Positions 9,152-17,897 of a stretch of 21,752 nt of DNA are shown here, one piece after another. Every line of letters begins with the position of its first letter. Position 1 is the stretch's first letter. Source of the DNA: Promethearchaeota archaeon (GTDB lineage: Archaea; Asgardarchaeota; Lokiarchaeia; Sigyniarchaeales; SOKP01). The DNA is taken from contig JBHLNS010000015.1 in NCBI GenBank assembly GCA_048941285.1, positions 1-21,752 of the forward strand. Reading direction: 5' to 3'. The notes beneath the pieces were generated by a model. The model made no database searches. It saw nothing but the letters and a program-made list of their open reading frames with translations, and had not been told where the DNA came from. Both the position numbers and the translations under genes were made by a program.

Positions 9152-10204
9152 TTAAATTTCTGAAAATCCGTATTTTTTATAATAATCTAACCAATAAATA
9201 AACATGTCCCTCAGAGTTTCCTCTATGGGAGTAGAAATTTCCCATCCTAGTTCATTTTTTATCTTTGAATTATCACCTAGAATAACATCCTCATCGGTCC
9301 TTCTCAACTTATTGCTAACATTTTCCTTTACTTCTATTTTTTTTAAAGAAAAACTTAAAGCGATATTTAAAATTTGGCGAATTTGAAGCTTTTTACTTGA
9401 GCAAATATTATAAGTTTCTCCAGGAGTTCCCATTGTTGTTGCTAACCAAATTGCTTTAATTGAGTCTTTTATCCCCGTATAATCTCGATAAGGCTCAAGA
9501 TTTCCCACCTCTATTATGGGTTCTGACAAACCTAATTCGACTTGCGCCACTTTTCTAATAAAATCTGAAGTTGCATCTCCCCTTCTTCTAGGGCCTGTTT
9601 GATTAAAAAATCTAAGATTGATAACCTTAATTCCAAAATTAACAAAATATTGACGAGCAAGTAATTCAGCTGCAACTTTACTAATTCCATAAGGATGTAT
9701 GGCTAGTAATGGATCAGATTCTTTTAATGGTCTGTTTAGCAATGTTGTTGTTCCATATTCTGCACTAGTACAAGCAACTATAACTTTAGTTTTAATATTT
9801 TGTTTTTTGATCGCTTCGAATACGTTAATTGTCCCTACTACATTAGTTTCTATAGTATCCACAGGATTTTCCCATGAAGGTATAACTAATGGTTGTGCTG
9901 CAAAATGAAATAGAAATTTAGGTTTAATTTTTGTAATAATTTTTTCTAATAGTTGAGCATTTTTAATGTCACATTCAAATATACGCAATTGTTTATTATT
10001 AGTCGGGATTTCAATTTTTTGATTGAAAATTGCTTTCTTGTCTTTTTCAGCGAATTTTAATTTTTCATTTGTATAGTGAGATAAATTTCTATAAATTTGA
10101 TTTGGTCTTTCTATAGCATATACCATATAATTTTTTTCGATACATAAATCAGTTAGATGTGACCCTAAAAAGCCATTTGCCCCAGTAATGAGTATCTCTT
10201 TCAT
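9152..10204 (-). CDS. GDP-mannose 4,6-dehydratase-family SDR (GDP-sugar dehydratase or reductase; possibly acts on GDP-heptose)
   Basis: 'ITGANGFLGSHL', 'HFAAQPLVIPSWENPVDT', 'CTSAEYG', YxxxK 'PYGISK', 'RFFNQTGPRR', 'VGNLEPYRDY'. The substrate is inferred from context only. Confidence 0.8.
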   Translation of the reverse strand: MKEILITGANGFLGSHLTDLCIEKNYMVYAIERPNQIYRNLSHYTNEKLKFAEKDKKAIFNQKIEIPTNNKQLRIFECDIKNAQLLEKIITKIKPKFLFHFAAQPLVIPSWENPVDTIETNVVGTINVFEAIKKQNIKTKVIVACTSAEYGTTTLLNRPLKESDPLLAIHPYGISKVAAELLARQYFVNFGIKVINLRFFNQTGPRRRGDATSDFIRKVAQVELGLSEPIIEVGNLEPYRDYTGIKDSIKAIWLATTMGTPGETYNICSSKKLQIRQILNIALSFSLKKIEVKENVSNKLRRTDEDVILGDNSKIKNELGWEISTPIEETLRDMFIYWLDYYKKYGFSEI

Positions 10205-10235
10205 TTTGAATCACTAATATGTTCAATTTAAATTT

Positions 10236-11369
10236 TTATTTTAATAGACCTTTTTCTTTTAATTCTAATATTGCCTTATCGGATAATTCTTGGATGCCTT
10301 CGTGTTTAATTTTGATCCATTCTATTAATTCATTTATTCCTTCTGTAAAAACAACCGTTGGTAAATAACCTAACTTACTTTTTATTTTAGAAATGTCTGC
10401 AACACAATGCCTAATATCACCAACTCTAAATTGATGATTATAGATCGGCTTTAATTTGGGATTTAGCTTTTTGGAAATTATTTCAGCAACTTCTTTTATT
10501 GTAATTGGAGTGCCTGTACCAACATTAAAAACCTCACCATTTGCGGCAGTTTTTTCCATAGCAAGAATTAAAGCTTGACATACATCTTTTACATTTACAA
10601 AATCGCGTGTTTGATTTCCATCCTCATAAACTATTGGAGGTTTTCCATGAAGCGCTCTTGTACTAAATATTGAACAAACTCCCGTATAGGGGTTTGAAAG
10701 AGCTTGTCTTGTCCCATAAACTAAGAAAAATCTTAAAATTGTTGTATTAATTCCATACGTTTTACCTATCATAAGGCTCAGTTTTTCTTGCGCTTCTTTA
10801 GATAAGGCATATACTGAACTAGGATTCAATGGTGAATTCTCATCAGTTAATAAAGGTTTGACTTTAGATCTACACTCAGGACAATTAAGCTCCCAATCTT
10901 TATTCTTCAATTGATCTAAAGATCTTAATTTTGGGAAAATTATTCCACAATTATTACAATAAGATTTAGCTTCTCCATATACAGTATTAGATGATGCAAT
11001 AATAACTTTTTCAACATTATGTTCAGTATTTACTAAAATATCGAATAAGTTTGCTAATCCAATTATATTATTATTAAGGTATTTTTCTATTTGGTACATT
11101 GATTGTCCAACTCCAACACTTGCCGCCAAATGAAAAATAATCTCATGGTTTTTTACTAAATCTTCTAATTTTTTATAATCCGTTACAGACCCCAAAATGA
11201 ATTCAGAATCTTTATTTAAGTAGGAAGGAGGTTTACCAGATTTTCCATGGACTTGTTCTTCTAAATTATCAAGAATAGAAACTTCAATATTCTTTTGCTC
11301 TATTAACTTGTCAACTAAATGAGATCCAATAAAACCTGCTCCGCCCGTAATTAGTACTTTTTTTGGCAT
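10236..11369 (-). CDS. NAD-dependent NDP-sugar epimerase/dehydratase (extended SDR) with CxxC...CxxC insertion
   Basis: 'ITGGAGFIGSHL', 'HLAASVGVGQSMY', 'ASSNTVYGE', 'YALSK', 'YEDGNQTRDFVNVKD', 'RVGDIRH'. Confidence 0.88.
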   Translation of the reverse strand: MPKKVLITGGAGFIGSHLVDKLIEQKNIEVSILDNLEEQVHGKSGKPPSYLNKDSEFILGSVTDYKKLEDLVKNHEIIFHLAASVGVGQSMYQIEKYLNNNIIGLANLFDILVNTEHNVEKVIIASSNTVYGEAKSYCNNCGIIFPKLRSLDQLKNKDWELNCPECRSKVKPLLTDENSPLNPSSVYALSKEAQEKLSLMIGKTYGINTTILRFFLVYGTRQALSNPYTGVCSIFSTRALHGKPPIVYEDGNQTRDFVNVKDVCQALILAMEKTAANGEVFNVGTGTPITIKEVAEIISKKLNPKLKPIYNHQFRVGDIRHCVADISKIKSKLGYLPTVVFTEGINELIEWIKIKHEGIQELSDKAILELKEKGLLK

Positions 11370-11558
11370 AAATTTATTATATGTGTTTTTTTAGAGGGTT
11401 TAATTGTTCATAAGTTTTTATTAAAATTAAAGAATATGATAAATTTGAAATATTTTACAGAATATTTGCTGAATTTAACTAAATAATAATCAAATTTTTT
11501 AACGATTTAACATGAAAGAATTTGATATAACAATATTTTACTACTAATATAAAAATAT
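11370..11558. promoter_or_regulatory. Divergent promoter region between the SDR pair and the heptose/pentose-phosphate operon
   Basis: 189-bp very AT-rich gap between divergently oriented starts (11369 minus, 11559 plus). Individual TATA/BRE elements cannot be assigned reliably. Confidence 0.5.
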
Positions 11559-12569
11559 ATGATAGTTCGTTCAAAAGCACCTTTTAGAGTTAGTTTTGGT
11601 GGCGGAGGAACAGATATGGCTCCATATTGTATTGAACATGGAGGATGTGTAATAAGTACCACTATAGACCGTCATATTTATATCTCTCTGAAACCAAGAA
11701 CAGATAAAAATGTAAATATATTTTCAAGTAATCTTAATGAAGAATTTCTTTTTGAAATTGGAGATACTGATTATTCCACAGAATTTGAATTATTTAAAGG
11801 GATTTTTAATGTTTTGGAAATAAAAGACGGATTTGATATTACATTTAATTCAGAACTTCCAGCAGGTTCAGGAATGGGGGGTTCTTCTTCCTTATCCGTA
11901 GCGTTAATAGGCGCTTTTAACATATATTATAAATTTGGTTATTCTAAATATGAAGTCGCTCAAAAAGCCTATGAGATTGAACGTAATGAGTTAAAACAGA
12001 AAGGAGGGTATCAAGATCAATTTGCTGCGGCTTATGGAGGTTTTAATTTTATTGAATTTTCGGAAAAAGTAAATGTTTTTCCTATAGTTACCAGCCAAGA
12101 AATGATAAATGAGCTCCAATTTCGTTTAATTTTATGTTATGTAGGAGGGTCTCATTTCTCCTCTAATATTCAAGATGAAGTATTAAAAGGTTACCATATT
12201 GAGAAAAAAAATTATCTTGAAGCCATGCAAGATTTAAAAGATGTTGCTCATTCTATAAAGAATATTGTAGAATCTAATAATTTAAATCAATTAAATGAAT
12301 TTGGTTATCTATTACATAAGGGATGGATTGCCAAAAAGAGTTTAAGCAGCAAAATATCCAACAGAAATATTGAAAATTTTTATCTAACTTCCAGAAAGTT
12401 TGGAGTTCTTGGAGGAAAATTATTAGGTGCAGGAGGAGGAGGACACCTATTACTTTTTTCAGATCCTTATAAGAAACATATTGTAATTCAAGAATTGGAA
12501 AAAATAGGTGGTGTAATTGTTAATTTTCATTTTAATCCAAAGGGACTTGAAGTATGGAAATTGATATAG
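11559..12569 (+). CDS. hddA: D-glycero-alpha-D-manno-heptose-7-phosphate kinase (GHMP kinase)
   Basis: 'MIVRSKAPFRVSFGGGGTDM..Y', GHMP motif 'LPAGSGMGGSSS', 'GGYQDQFAAAYGGFNFIEF', 'GGKLLGAGGGG'; adjacent to gmhA. Confidence 0.9.
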   Translation: MIVRSKAPFRVSFGGGGTDMAPYCIEHGGCVISTTIDRHIYISLKPRTDKNVNIFSSNLNEEFLFEIGDTDYSTEFELFKGIFNVLEIKDGFDITFNSELPAGSGMGGSSSLSVALIGAFNIYYKFGYSKYEVAQKAYEIERNELKQKGGYQDQFAAAYGGFNFIEFSEKVNVFPIVTSQEMINELQFRLILCYVGGSHFSSNIQDEVLKGYHIEKKNYLEAMQDLKDVAHSIKNIVESNNLNQLNEFGYLLHKGWIAKKSLSSKISNRNIENFYLTSRKFGVLGGKLLGAGGGGHLLLFSDPYKKHIVIQELEKIGGVIVNFHFNPKGLEVWKLI

Positions 12570-12601
12570 AATAAAATTAACATATTAAAAGAGATGACAA
12601 T

Positions 12602-13168
12602 ATGGAAAATGAAATCATTTCAATTTTAAATGAGAGTATTAAAGTTAAAGAAGGTATAAAAAATATAGCTCCTATTATAGCAGAAATTTCCAAAGAAATA
12701 GTAAAGGCATACAAAAAGAAGAAAAAAGTTGTACTCTTTGGCAATGGTGGAAGTGCGGCTGATGCACAACATATTGCTGCAGAATTTGTGGGAAAGTTTT
12801 ATAAGGATAGAGATTCACTCCCTTCATTAGCGTTTCACACTAATACTTCTGTGCTTACAGCAACTGCTAATGATTACGGTTATGATCTAGTATTTGAAAG
12901 ACAAGTGTCTGCATTTGTAGAGAAAGGAGATATTGCTATTGGAATTAGCACTTCTGGCAATTCACCAAATGTTATAAAAGGTTTAATAAAAGCAAAAGAG
13001 AAAGGAGGGGTAACTATAGGTTTTACTGGACAAAAGCAAAATAGAATAGAAAAAATAGTTGATCTTTGTTTAAAAATACCCTCAGCAGATACTCCACGAA
13101 TTCAAGAAGGACATATAACAGTAGGACATATTATTTGTTATTTAGTTGAGAAAGAACTTTTTGGGTAA
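12602..13168 (+). CDS. gmhA: Phosphoheptose (sedoheptulose-7-phosphate) isomerase
   Basis: 'FGNGGSAADAQHIAAEFVG', 'TATANDYGY', 'GISTSGNSPNV', 'TPRIQEGH'. Confidence 0.96.
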   Translation: MENEIISILNESIKVKEGIKNIAPIIAEISKEIVKAYKKKKKVVLFGNGGSAADAQHIAAEFVGKFYKDRDSLPSLAFHTNTSVLTATANDYGYDLVFERQVSAFVEKGDIAIGISTSGNSPNVIKGLIKAKEKGGVTIGFTGQKQNRIEKIVDLCLKIPSADTPRIQEGHITVGHIICYLVEKELFG

Positions 13169-13178
13169 TTATATATTT

Positions 13179-13814
13179 ATGAAAAAAGTCGCAGTTTCAA
13201 TTCATGCAAAAGAAGACTTTACAGTGGAAATTTTAAAGGAATTGGAAGGTTTCGATTACATTCATGTAGATTTAATGGATGGTACATTTGTTAATAATAA
13301 AAATAAAAATCTAGGTGTTTTTAAGAAAATAAAAGAAACTTATAATACCCCTGTGATTGCCCATTTAATGGTTGTAAATCCTTTCGATTATATTGACGAG
13401 ATTATTAACTTTATTGATATATTTTTATTTCATTTTGAAATTGAAGGCAAGAAGGATATAATCATAAAAAGAGTAAGAGATTTTCATAAAAAAGTTGGTA
13501 TTGCTATAAATCCAGACACAAATATTAATGAAATTATATCCCATCTTAAGAATATTGATCTTGTATTAGTAATGAGTGTTGAACCAGGTTGGTCAGGGCA
13601 GAATTTTTTAATCGATTCTATAGAAAAGGTAAATGCTTTAGCTCAATATAAAAAGAAATATGATTTTTTAATTGATATTGATGGTGGAGTTAATATATCA
13701 AATGCAAAACTATTAAAAAATACAGATATTTTAACAAGCTCAAGTGCTATTTTAAAAGCCGAGGATCCTAATAAAATTATTAAATTGCTTAAATTTTCTG
13801 ATGAAAATGAGTGA
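13179..13814 (+). CDS. rpe: Ribulose-phosphate 3-epimerase family protein
   Basis: 'IHVDLMDGTFV', 'HLMV..P', 'FHFE', 'VMSVEPGWSGQNF', 'IDGGVN'. Start placed at the ATG at 13179; the ORF track starts at an upstream TTG (13146) that overlaps gmhA. Confidence 0.88.
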   Translation: MKKVAVSIHAKEDFTVEILKELEGFDYIHVDLMDGTFVNNKNKNLGVFKKIKETYNTPVIAHLMVVNPFDYIDEIINFIDIFLFHFEIEGKKDIIIKRVRDFHKKVGIAINPDTNINEIISHLKNIDLVLVMSVEPGWSGQNFLIDSIEKVNALAQYKKKYDFLIDIDGGVNISNAKLLKNTDILTSSSAILKAEDPNKIIKLLKFSDENE

Positions 13815-14349
13815 AAAAAAAAAAGCAATCTTTCTAGATCGAGACGGAGTAATTAACAGAGAAGTCAATCATCTATCAAATCCAGATGATTTTGAGTTCA
13901 TTGAAGGATCAATTGAAGCTTTAAAGATCCTTAAACAAAAAGGATTCTTACTTATAATTATTACTAATCAAGCTGGGATAGCAAGGGGCATTTTTACAGA
14001 AGAAACCCTTATAAAAATTCATGATAAAATGATTGCAAGGTTAAAGCAAGATGAAATTGAATTGGATGAGATATATTATTGTCCACACCATCCTGACTTT
14101 ACCGGACCATGTAATTGTAGGAAGCCACATCCCGGAATGATATTAAAAGCTGAAATAAAATATGATATTGATTTAGCTAATTCATATTTTGTTGGAGATA
14201 CATTGAATGATATTCAAACAGGTAAAGCAGCAAATTGTAAAACTGTTTTAGTCTTAACAGGTTATGGTAAAGAGGAACAAAAAAATATTGGAGCTGTTAT
14301 ACCGGACATGATATTTAAAAACTTAAAAGAATTTGCCATAAATATATAA
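13801..14349 (+). CDS. gmhB: D-glycero-D-manno-heptose-1,7-bisphosphate 7-phosphatase (HAD)
   Basis: 'AIFLDRDGVIN', 'ITNQAGIARG', zinc motif 'CPHHP....CNCRKP.PGM', 'FVGD...DIQ'. Overlaps the rpe stop; the start is 13801 or 13807. Confidence 0.94.
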   Translation: MKMSEKKKAIFLDRDGVINREVNHLSNPDDFEFIEGSIEALKILKQKGFLLIIITNQAGIARGIFTEETLIKIHDKMIARLKQDEIELDEIYYCPHHPDFTGPCNCRKPHPGMILKAEIKYDIDLANSYFVGDTLNDIQTGKAANCKTVLVLTGYGKEEQKNIGAVIPDMIFKNLKEFAINI

Positions 14350-14392
14350 AACAAATAATTATTATAATCATCAAAATTGATCGTGAAGAAAT

Positions 14393-15049
14393 ATGAAATT
14401 TTTTATTGATACTGCAAATTTAGAACAAATCAAAGAAATGCAGGAACTTGGAATAATTGATGGGGTCACCACTAACCCGACACTTTTATCAAAAGAAGGG
14501 GTCGATCCTATAGAACAATTGAAAAAAATCTGTGAAATCGTTGACGGACCTGTGAGTGGGGAAGTCATAGGATTAACCACAGAAGAGATGATTAAGGAAG
14601 CTCGTGAATTAGCCAAGATTGCACCAAATTTAGTAATCAAGATTCCATTTACGAAAGATGGTATTAAAGCTGTAAAAATTCTTGAACCAGAAGGAATTAA
14701 AACGAATGTAACGCTTGTATTTTCACAGAATCAAGTCTTAATTGCCGCTAAAGCTGGAGCCTCATTTATAAGTCCTTTCATAGGAAGATTAATGGATAAT
14801 GGCCAGAATGAAATTGATTTTCTTTGGGAATCTATGGACATCCTAAATGCATACGATTTTAAATCTGAATTAATAGTAGCGTCTATAAGGAATACTCGGC
14901 ATGTTATTGAAGCTGCTAAAATAGGAGCACATATTGCTACAATCCCTTTTGCTGTACTTGAAAAAATGTTTAGACATCCAAACACCGATCAAGGCTTGGA
15001 AGCATTTCTAAAAGATTGGGAAAAATTACAAAGAGAATTAAGCAAATAA
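14393..15049 (+). CDS. tal: Transaldolase (short TalC/MipB-type)
   Basis: 'FFIDTAN', 'GVTTNPTLL', Schiff-base Lys in 'VIKIP', 'NVTLVFS'. Glu in 'VSGEV' and Phe in 'ISPFIGR' indicate transaldolase rather than fructose-6-phosphate aldolase (Gln/Tyr). Confidence 0.92.
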   Translation: MKFFIDTANLEQIKEMQELGIIDGVTTNPTLLSKEGVDPIEQLKKICEIVDGPVSGEVIGLTTEEMIKEARELAKIAPNLVIKIPFTKDGIKAVKILEPEGIKTNVTLVFSQNQVLIAAKAGASFISPFIGRLMDNGQNEIDFLWESMDILNAYDFKSELIVASIRNTRHVIEAAKIGAHIATIPFAVLEKMFRHPNTDQGLEAFLKDWEKLQRELSK

Positions 15050-15058
15050 TTGAATAAT

Positions 15059-16057
15059 ATGGCTCTTATTGATGAAATTTCAAAATGGCATAATAAAAAA
15101 GTATTAGTTATTGGGGATGCTTTAATAGATAAGTATATTTTTGGTTACACCGATCGAATATCTCCAGATGCTCCTGTCCCAAATGTAAAAATAGAAAACA
15201 GCAATATTTATATTGGTGCAATTGGTTTAGTACTTCAATTTATACAGTCCTTGGGTGGAATTCCCGAAATTTGTACTATTATTGGAAATGATTTTGAAGG
15301 AGAATTTTTCTTAAGAAAAATAAATGAGCTAAAAATAGGCTCATCTGGTATTTTCATAGATGAGAAAATTAAAACTCCTCAAATAACGCGAATAAAAGCA
15401 ATGAATCAGCATTTATTAAGATTAGAAACAGATTATAATAGTGATATCTCTCAATCAATTAGAGAAAAATTCAAAAATTTAATAGGTACTAGTCCCCAAG
15501 ATATTGAAGCCATTTTAATTCTAGATTATGGATTAGGTGGTATTTTTAACGACCAATTTATTCGTAAACTATTAAATTTTTTAAAAGAGAAATATAAAAA
15601 AATACCCATAATTGCACGCCCCACAATATCAAACTATTATCTTTATGAAAATATAGAATTAATTAAAATGAATCTACAGAAAGCTTTAGATGCTTTTTCA
15701 ATTGATTGCTGCAATGAAACAAGCGTTATAATTGCTGGAAAAAGAATTTTAAATGCATCTAAGTCCAAAAATGTATTATTAAATTACTTAGAACTGGAAT
15801 CCTTTTTATTTTCAAAAGATAATGATAAAATAGATAAATTTCAGCCAATTTTACAGCAGCCAGTAAGAAGTTATGTAGCAGTTGGGAGCGTAGTTATGGC
15901 AATATTAGGATTATCTTATGCTGCTAAGATTTCAGTATTAAATGGAGTAAAACTTGCACTTTTTGCCGCTGCACTTACCGCAACTCTACCTCCTGTGGAA
16001 TTCTATAATCAAGAAAAACTCCGTAATTACATTTTAAATCAATCGATTAAATTATAA
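15059..16057 (+). CDS. RfaE/HldE kinase-domain-like PfkB protein with degenerate catalytic motifs (probable pseudokinase)
   Basis: 'VLVIGDALIDKY', 'RISPDAPVP', 'QHLLRLE' and 'LDYGLG' match HldE domain I, but DVTGAGD reads SYVAVGS. Start is the ATG at 15059 or the TTG at 15050. Confidence 0.8.
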   Translation: MALIDEISKWHNKKVLVIGDALIDKYIFGYTDRISPDAPVPNVKIENSNIYIGAIGLVLQFIQSLGGIPEICTIIGNDFEGEFFLRKINELKIGSSGIFIDEKIKTPQITRIKAMNQHLLRLETDYNSDISQSIREKFKNLIGTSPQDIEAILILDYGLGGIFNDQFIRKLLNFLKEKYKKIPIIARPTISNYYLYENIELIKMNLQKALDAFSIDCCNETSVIIAGKRILNASKSKNVLLNYLELESFLFSKDNDKIDKFQPILQQPVRSYVAVGSVVMAILGLSYAAKISVLNGVKLALFAAALTATLPPVEFYNQEKLRNYILNQSIKL

Positions 16058-16077
16058 TTACTATTTTATGTGATAGA

Positions 16078-16932
16078 ATGGAAATTTCTAAAGCAGATGA
16101 ACAAAAAGTCTTAGTTGATATTATAGATATCAAAAAAGATATATTAAAAATGATATATAAGGCTCAGTCGGGCCATCCAGGTGGTTCACTATCATGTGTT
16201 AATATTATTTATCTCCTTTACAGCAAGATTATGAGGATAAATTATCATAATCCTACTTGGAAAGAAAGAGATATATTTATATTAAGTAAGGGCCATGCAG
16301 CACCTGCCTTATATGCAGTTTTATCAAAATTTAATTTTATAAAGAGAGAGGAACTATTTACATTAAGAGAGTTTAATTCCAAAATACAAGGACATCCTGT
16401 TAAAAATCCGGAATTTGGAATTGAAATATCTACGGGATCTTTAGGAATGGGTTTATCTATAGGGGTTGGATGTGCTTTGTCTGCCAAAATTGATAATTCT
16501 GATAAAAAAATTTACGTTTTATTAGGAGATGGAGAGTTAAATGAAGGAGCAATATGGGAAGCTGCAATGTCTGCGAATCATTTTAAATTAGATAATTTAA
16601 TAGCAATAGTAGATCGTAATGGATTACAAATAGATGGATCAACAGAAGAAATAATGGCCTTAGAACCATTAGCAGAAAAGTGGAAAGCATTTGGTTGGGA
16701 AGTTATAGAAGTGGATGGATTAAATCCTAAGAATGTATTACAAGCATTTGAACGTGCCAAAAACATAATTGGAAAGCCAAAAGTGATCATATCTTACTTA
16801 ATTAAGGGATCTGAAGTATCGTTTATGCAGCATACTCGAGAATTTCATGGAAGGGCACCTAATGAAAAAGAATATGAAATTGCGCTTAAAGAGCTAGATA
16901 AGATTAAAGAAGAAGTATTAAGAGGGTATTAA
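16078..16932 (+). CDS. Transketolase, N-terminal (TPP-binding) subunit
   Basis: 'SGHPGGSLS', 'LSKGHAAP', 'GHP', 'TGSLGMG', TPP motif 'GDGELNEGAIWEA...DRNGLQIDG'. Confidence 0.93.
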   Translation: MEISKADEQKVLVDIIDIKKDILKMIYKAQSGHPGGSLSCVNIIYLLYSKIMRINYHNPTWKERDIFILSKGHAAPALYAVLSKFNFIKREELFTLREFNSKIQGHPVKNPEFGIEISTGSLGMGLSIGVGCALSAKIDNSDKKIYVLLGDGELNEGAIWEAAMSANHFKLDNLIAIVDRNGLQIDGSTEEIMALEPLAEKWKAFGWEVIEVDGLNPKNVLQAFERAKNIIGKPKVIISYLIKGSEVSFMQHTREFHGRAPNEKEYEIALKELDKIKEEVLRGY

Positions 16933-17862
16933 ATGGTTCCAGATCCACCACTTAGGGATACTTTTGGGAATTTTTTAGTTGAAGAAGGTGAAAGAAACAA
17001 AAGTGTTGTTGTTTTGGATGCAGATCTCTCTGCTTCAACAAGGACGAATAAATTTGCTAAAAAATTTCCTGAACGATTCTTTAATATGGGAATTGCTGAA
17101 CAGAATATGATAGGAACAGCCCTAGGATTAGCGATTTCCGGTAAAACTCCTGTTGTAAGCGGATTCTCTATATTTACAACGGGCAGAGCGTGGGAATTCA
17201 TAAGATTTGCTTGTCATGATAAATTAGATGTGAAAATAATAACTACACATGCAGGAATTGTAGGTAAAGACGGGAGTACTCATAATGCATTAGAAGATTT
17301 AAGTTTGATGACATCTCTCCCGAATTTAAGCGTACTAGTCCCATCCGATAATATTGAACTTATTAGAATATTAGAATATACTTTTAAAACAGACGGACCT
17401 TTTTATATCAGATTACCTAGAAATTCATTTCCTAAAATACATAATGAAAATTATAAATTTAATATTGGAAAAGCTGACATATTAAAAGAAGGAAAAGATA
17501 TTTGCCTTATTGGAACAGGTTATGGTAGTTTTTTAGCTTTTGATTCCTCCCTAAGTATTGAAAAGGAACTAAATTTATCAATCAAAGTAATTAATCTTCC
17601 AACGATCAAACCTATAGATGAAAAATCTCTATTAAATGAGATTAAAGAGGTAAAAGGTATTGTTATCTTAGAAGAACATAATATATATTGTGGTTTTGGT
17701 AGTATAATTGCTAGAATCATTTCAAAAAGAATGGCAAAAATAATAAGATTTATCGGGATAAATAATAATTTTATTCAATCGGGTAAAAGAGAAACGATCT
17801 TAAATGCTTATAAAATGAATACACAAGAATTAGTAAAACAAATAAAAAAAATTATTAAATAA
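16933..17862 (+). CDS. Transketolase, C-terminal subunit
   Basis: 'LDADLSAST', 'FPERFFNMGIAEQNM', 'THAG..G.DG.TH', 'GPFYIRL', 'TIKPID', 'EEH'. Its ATG immediately follows the N-subunit stop. Confidence 0.93.
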   Translation: MVPDPPLRDTFGNFLVEEGERNKSVVVLDADLSASTRTNKFAKKFPERFFNMGIAEQNMIGTALGLAISGKTPVVSGFSIFTTGRAWEFIRFACHDKLDVKIITTHAGIVGKDGSTHNALEDLSLMTSLPNLSVLVPSDNIELIRILEYTFKTDGPFYIRLPRNSFPKIHNENYKFNIGKADILKEGKDICLIGTGYGSFLAFDSSLSIEKELNLSIKVINLPTIKPIDEKSLLNEIKEVKGIVILEEHNIYCGFGSIIARIISKRMAKIIRFIGINNNFIQSGKRETILNAYKMNTQELVKQIKKIIK

Positions 17863-17897
17863 TTGTTATTTCTTTTCATAAATGTATAATTTATTCT

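Noticed and set aside
16078-17862. Split transketolase as a pseudogene or stop-codon readthrough (TAA directly followed by in-frame ATG)
   Set aside because: Two-subunit transketolases are normal in archaea and many bacteria, and both halves have intact motifs and expected lengths.
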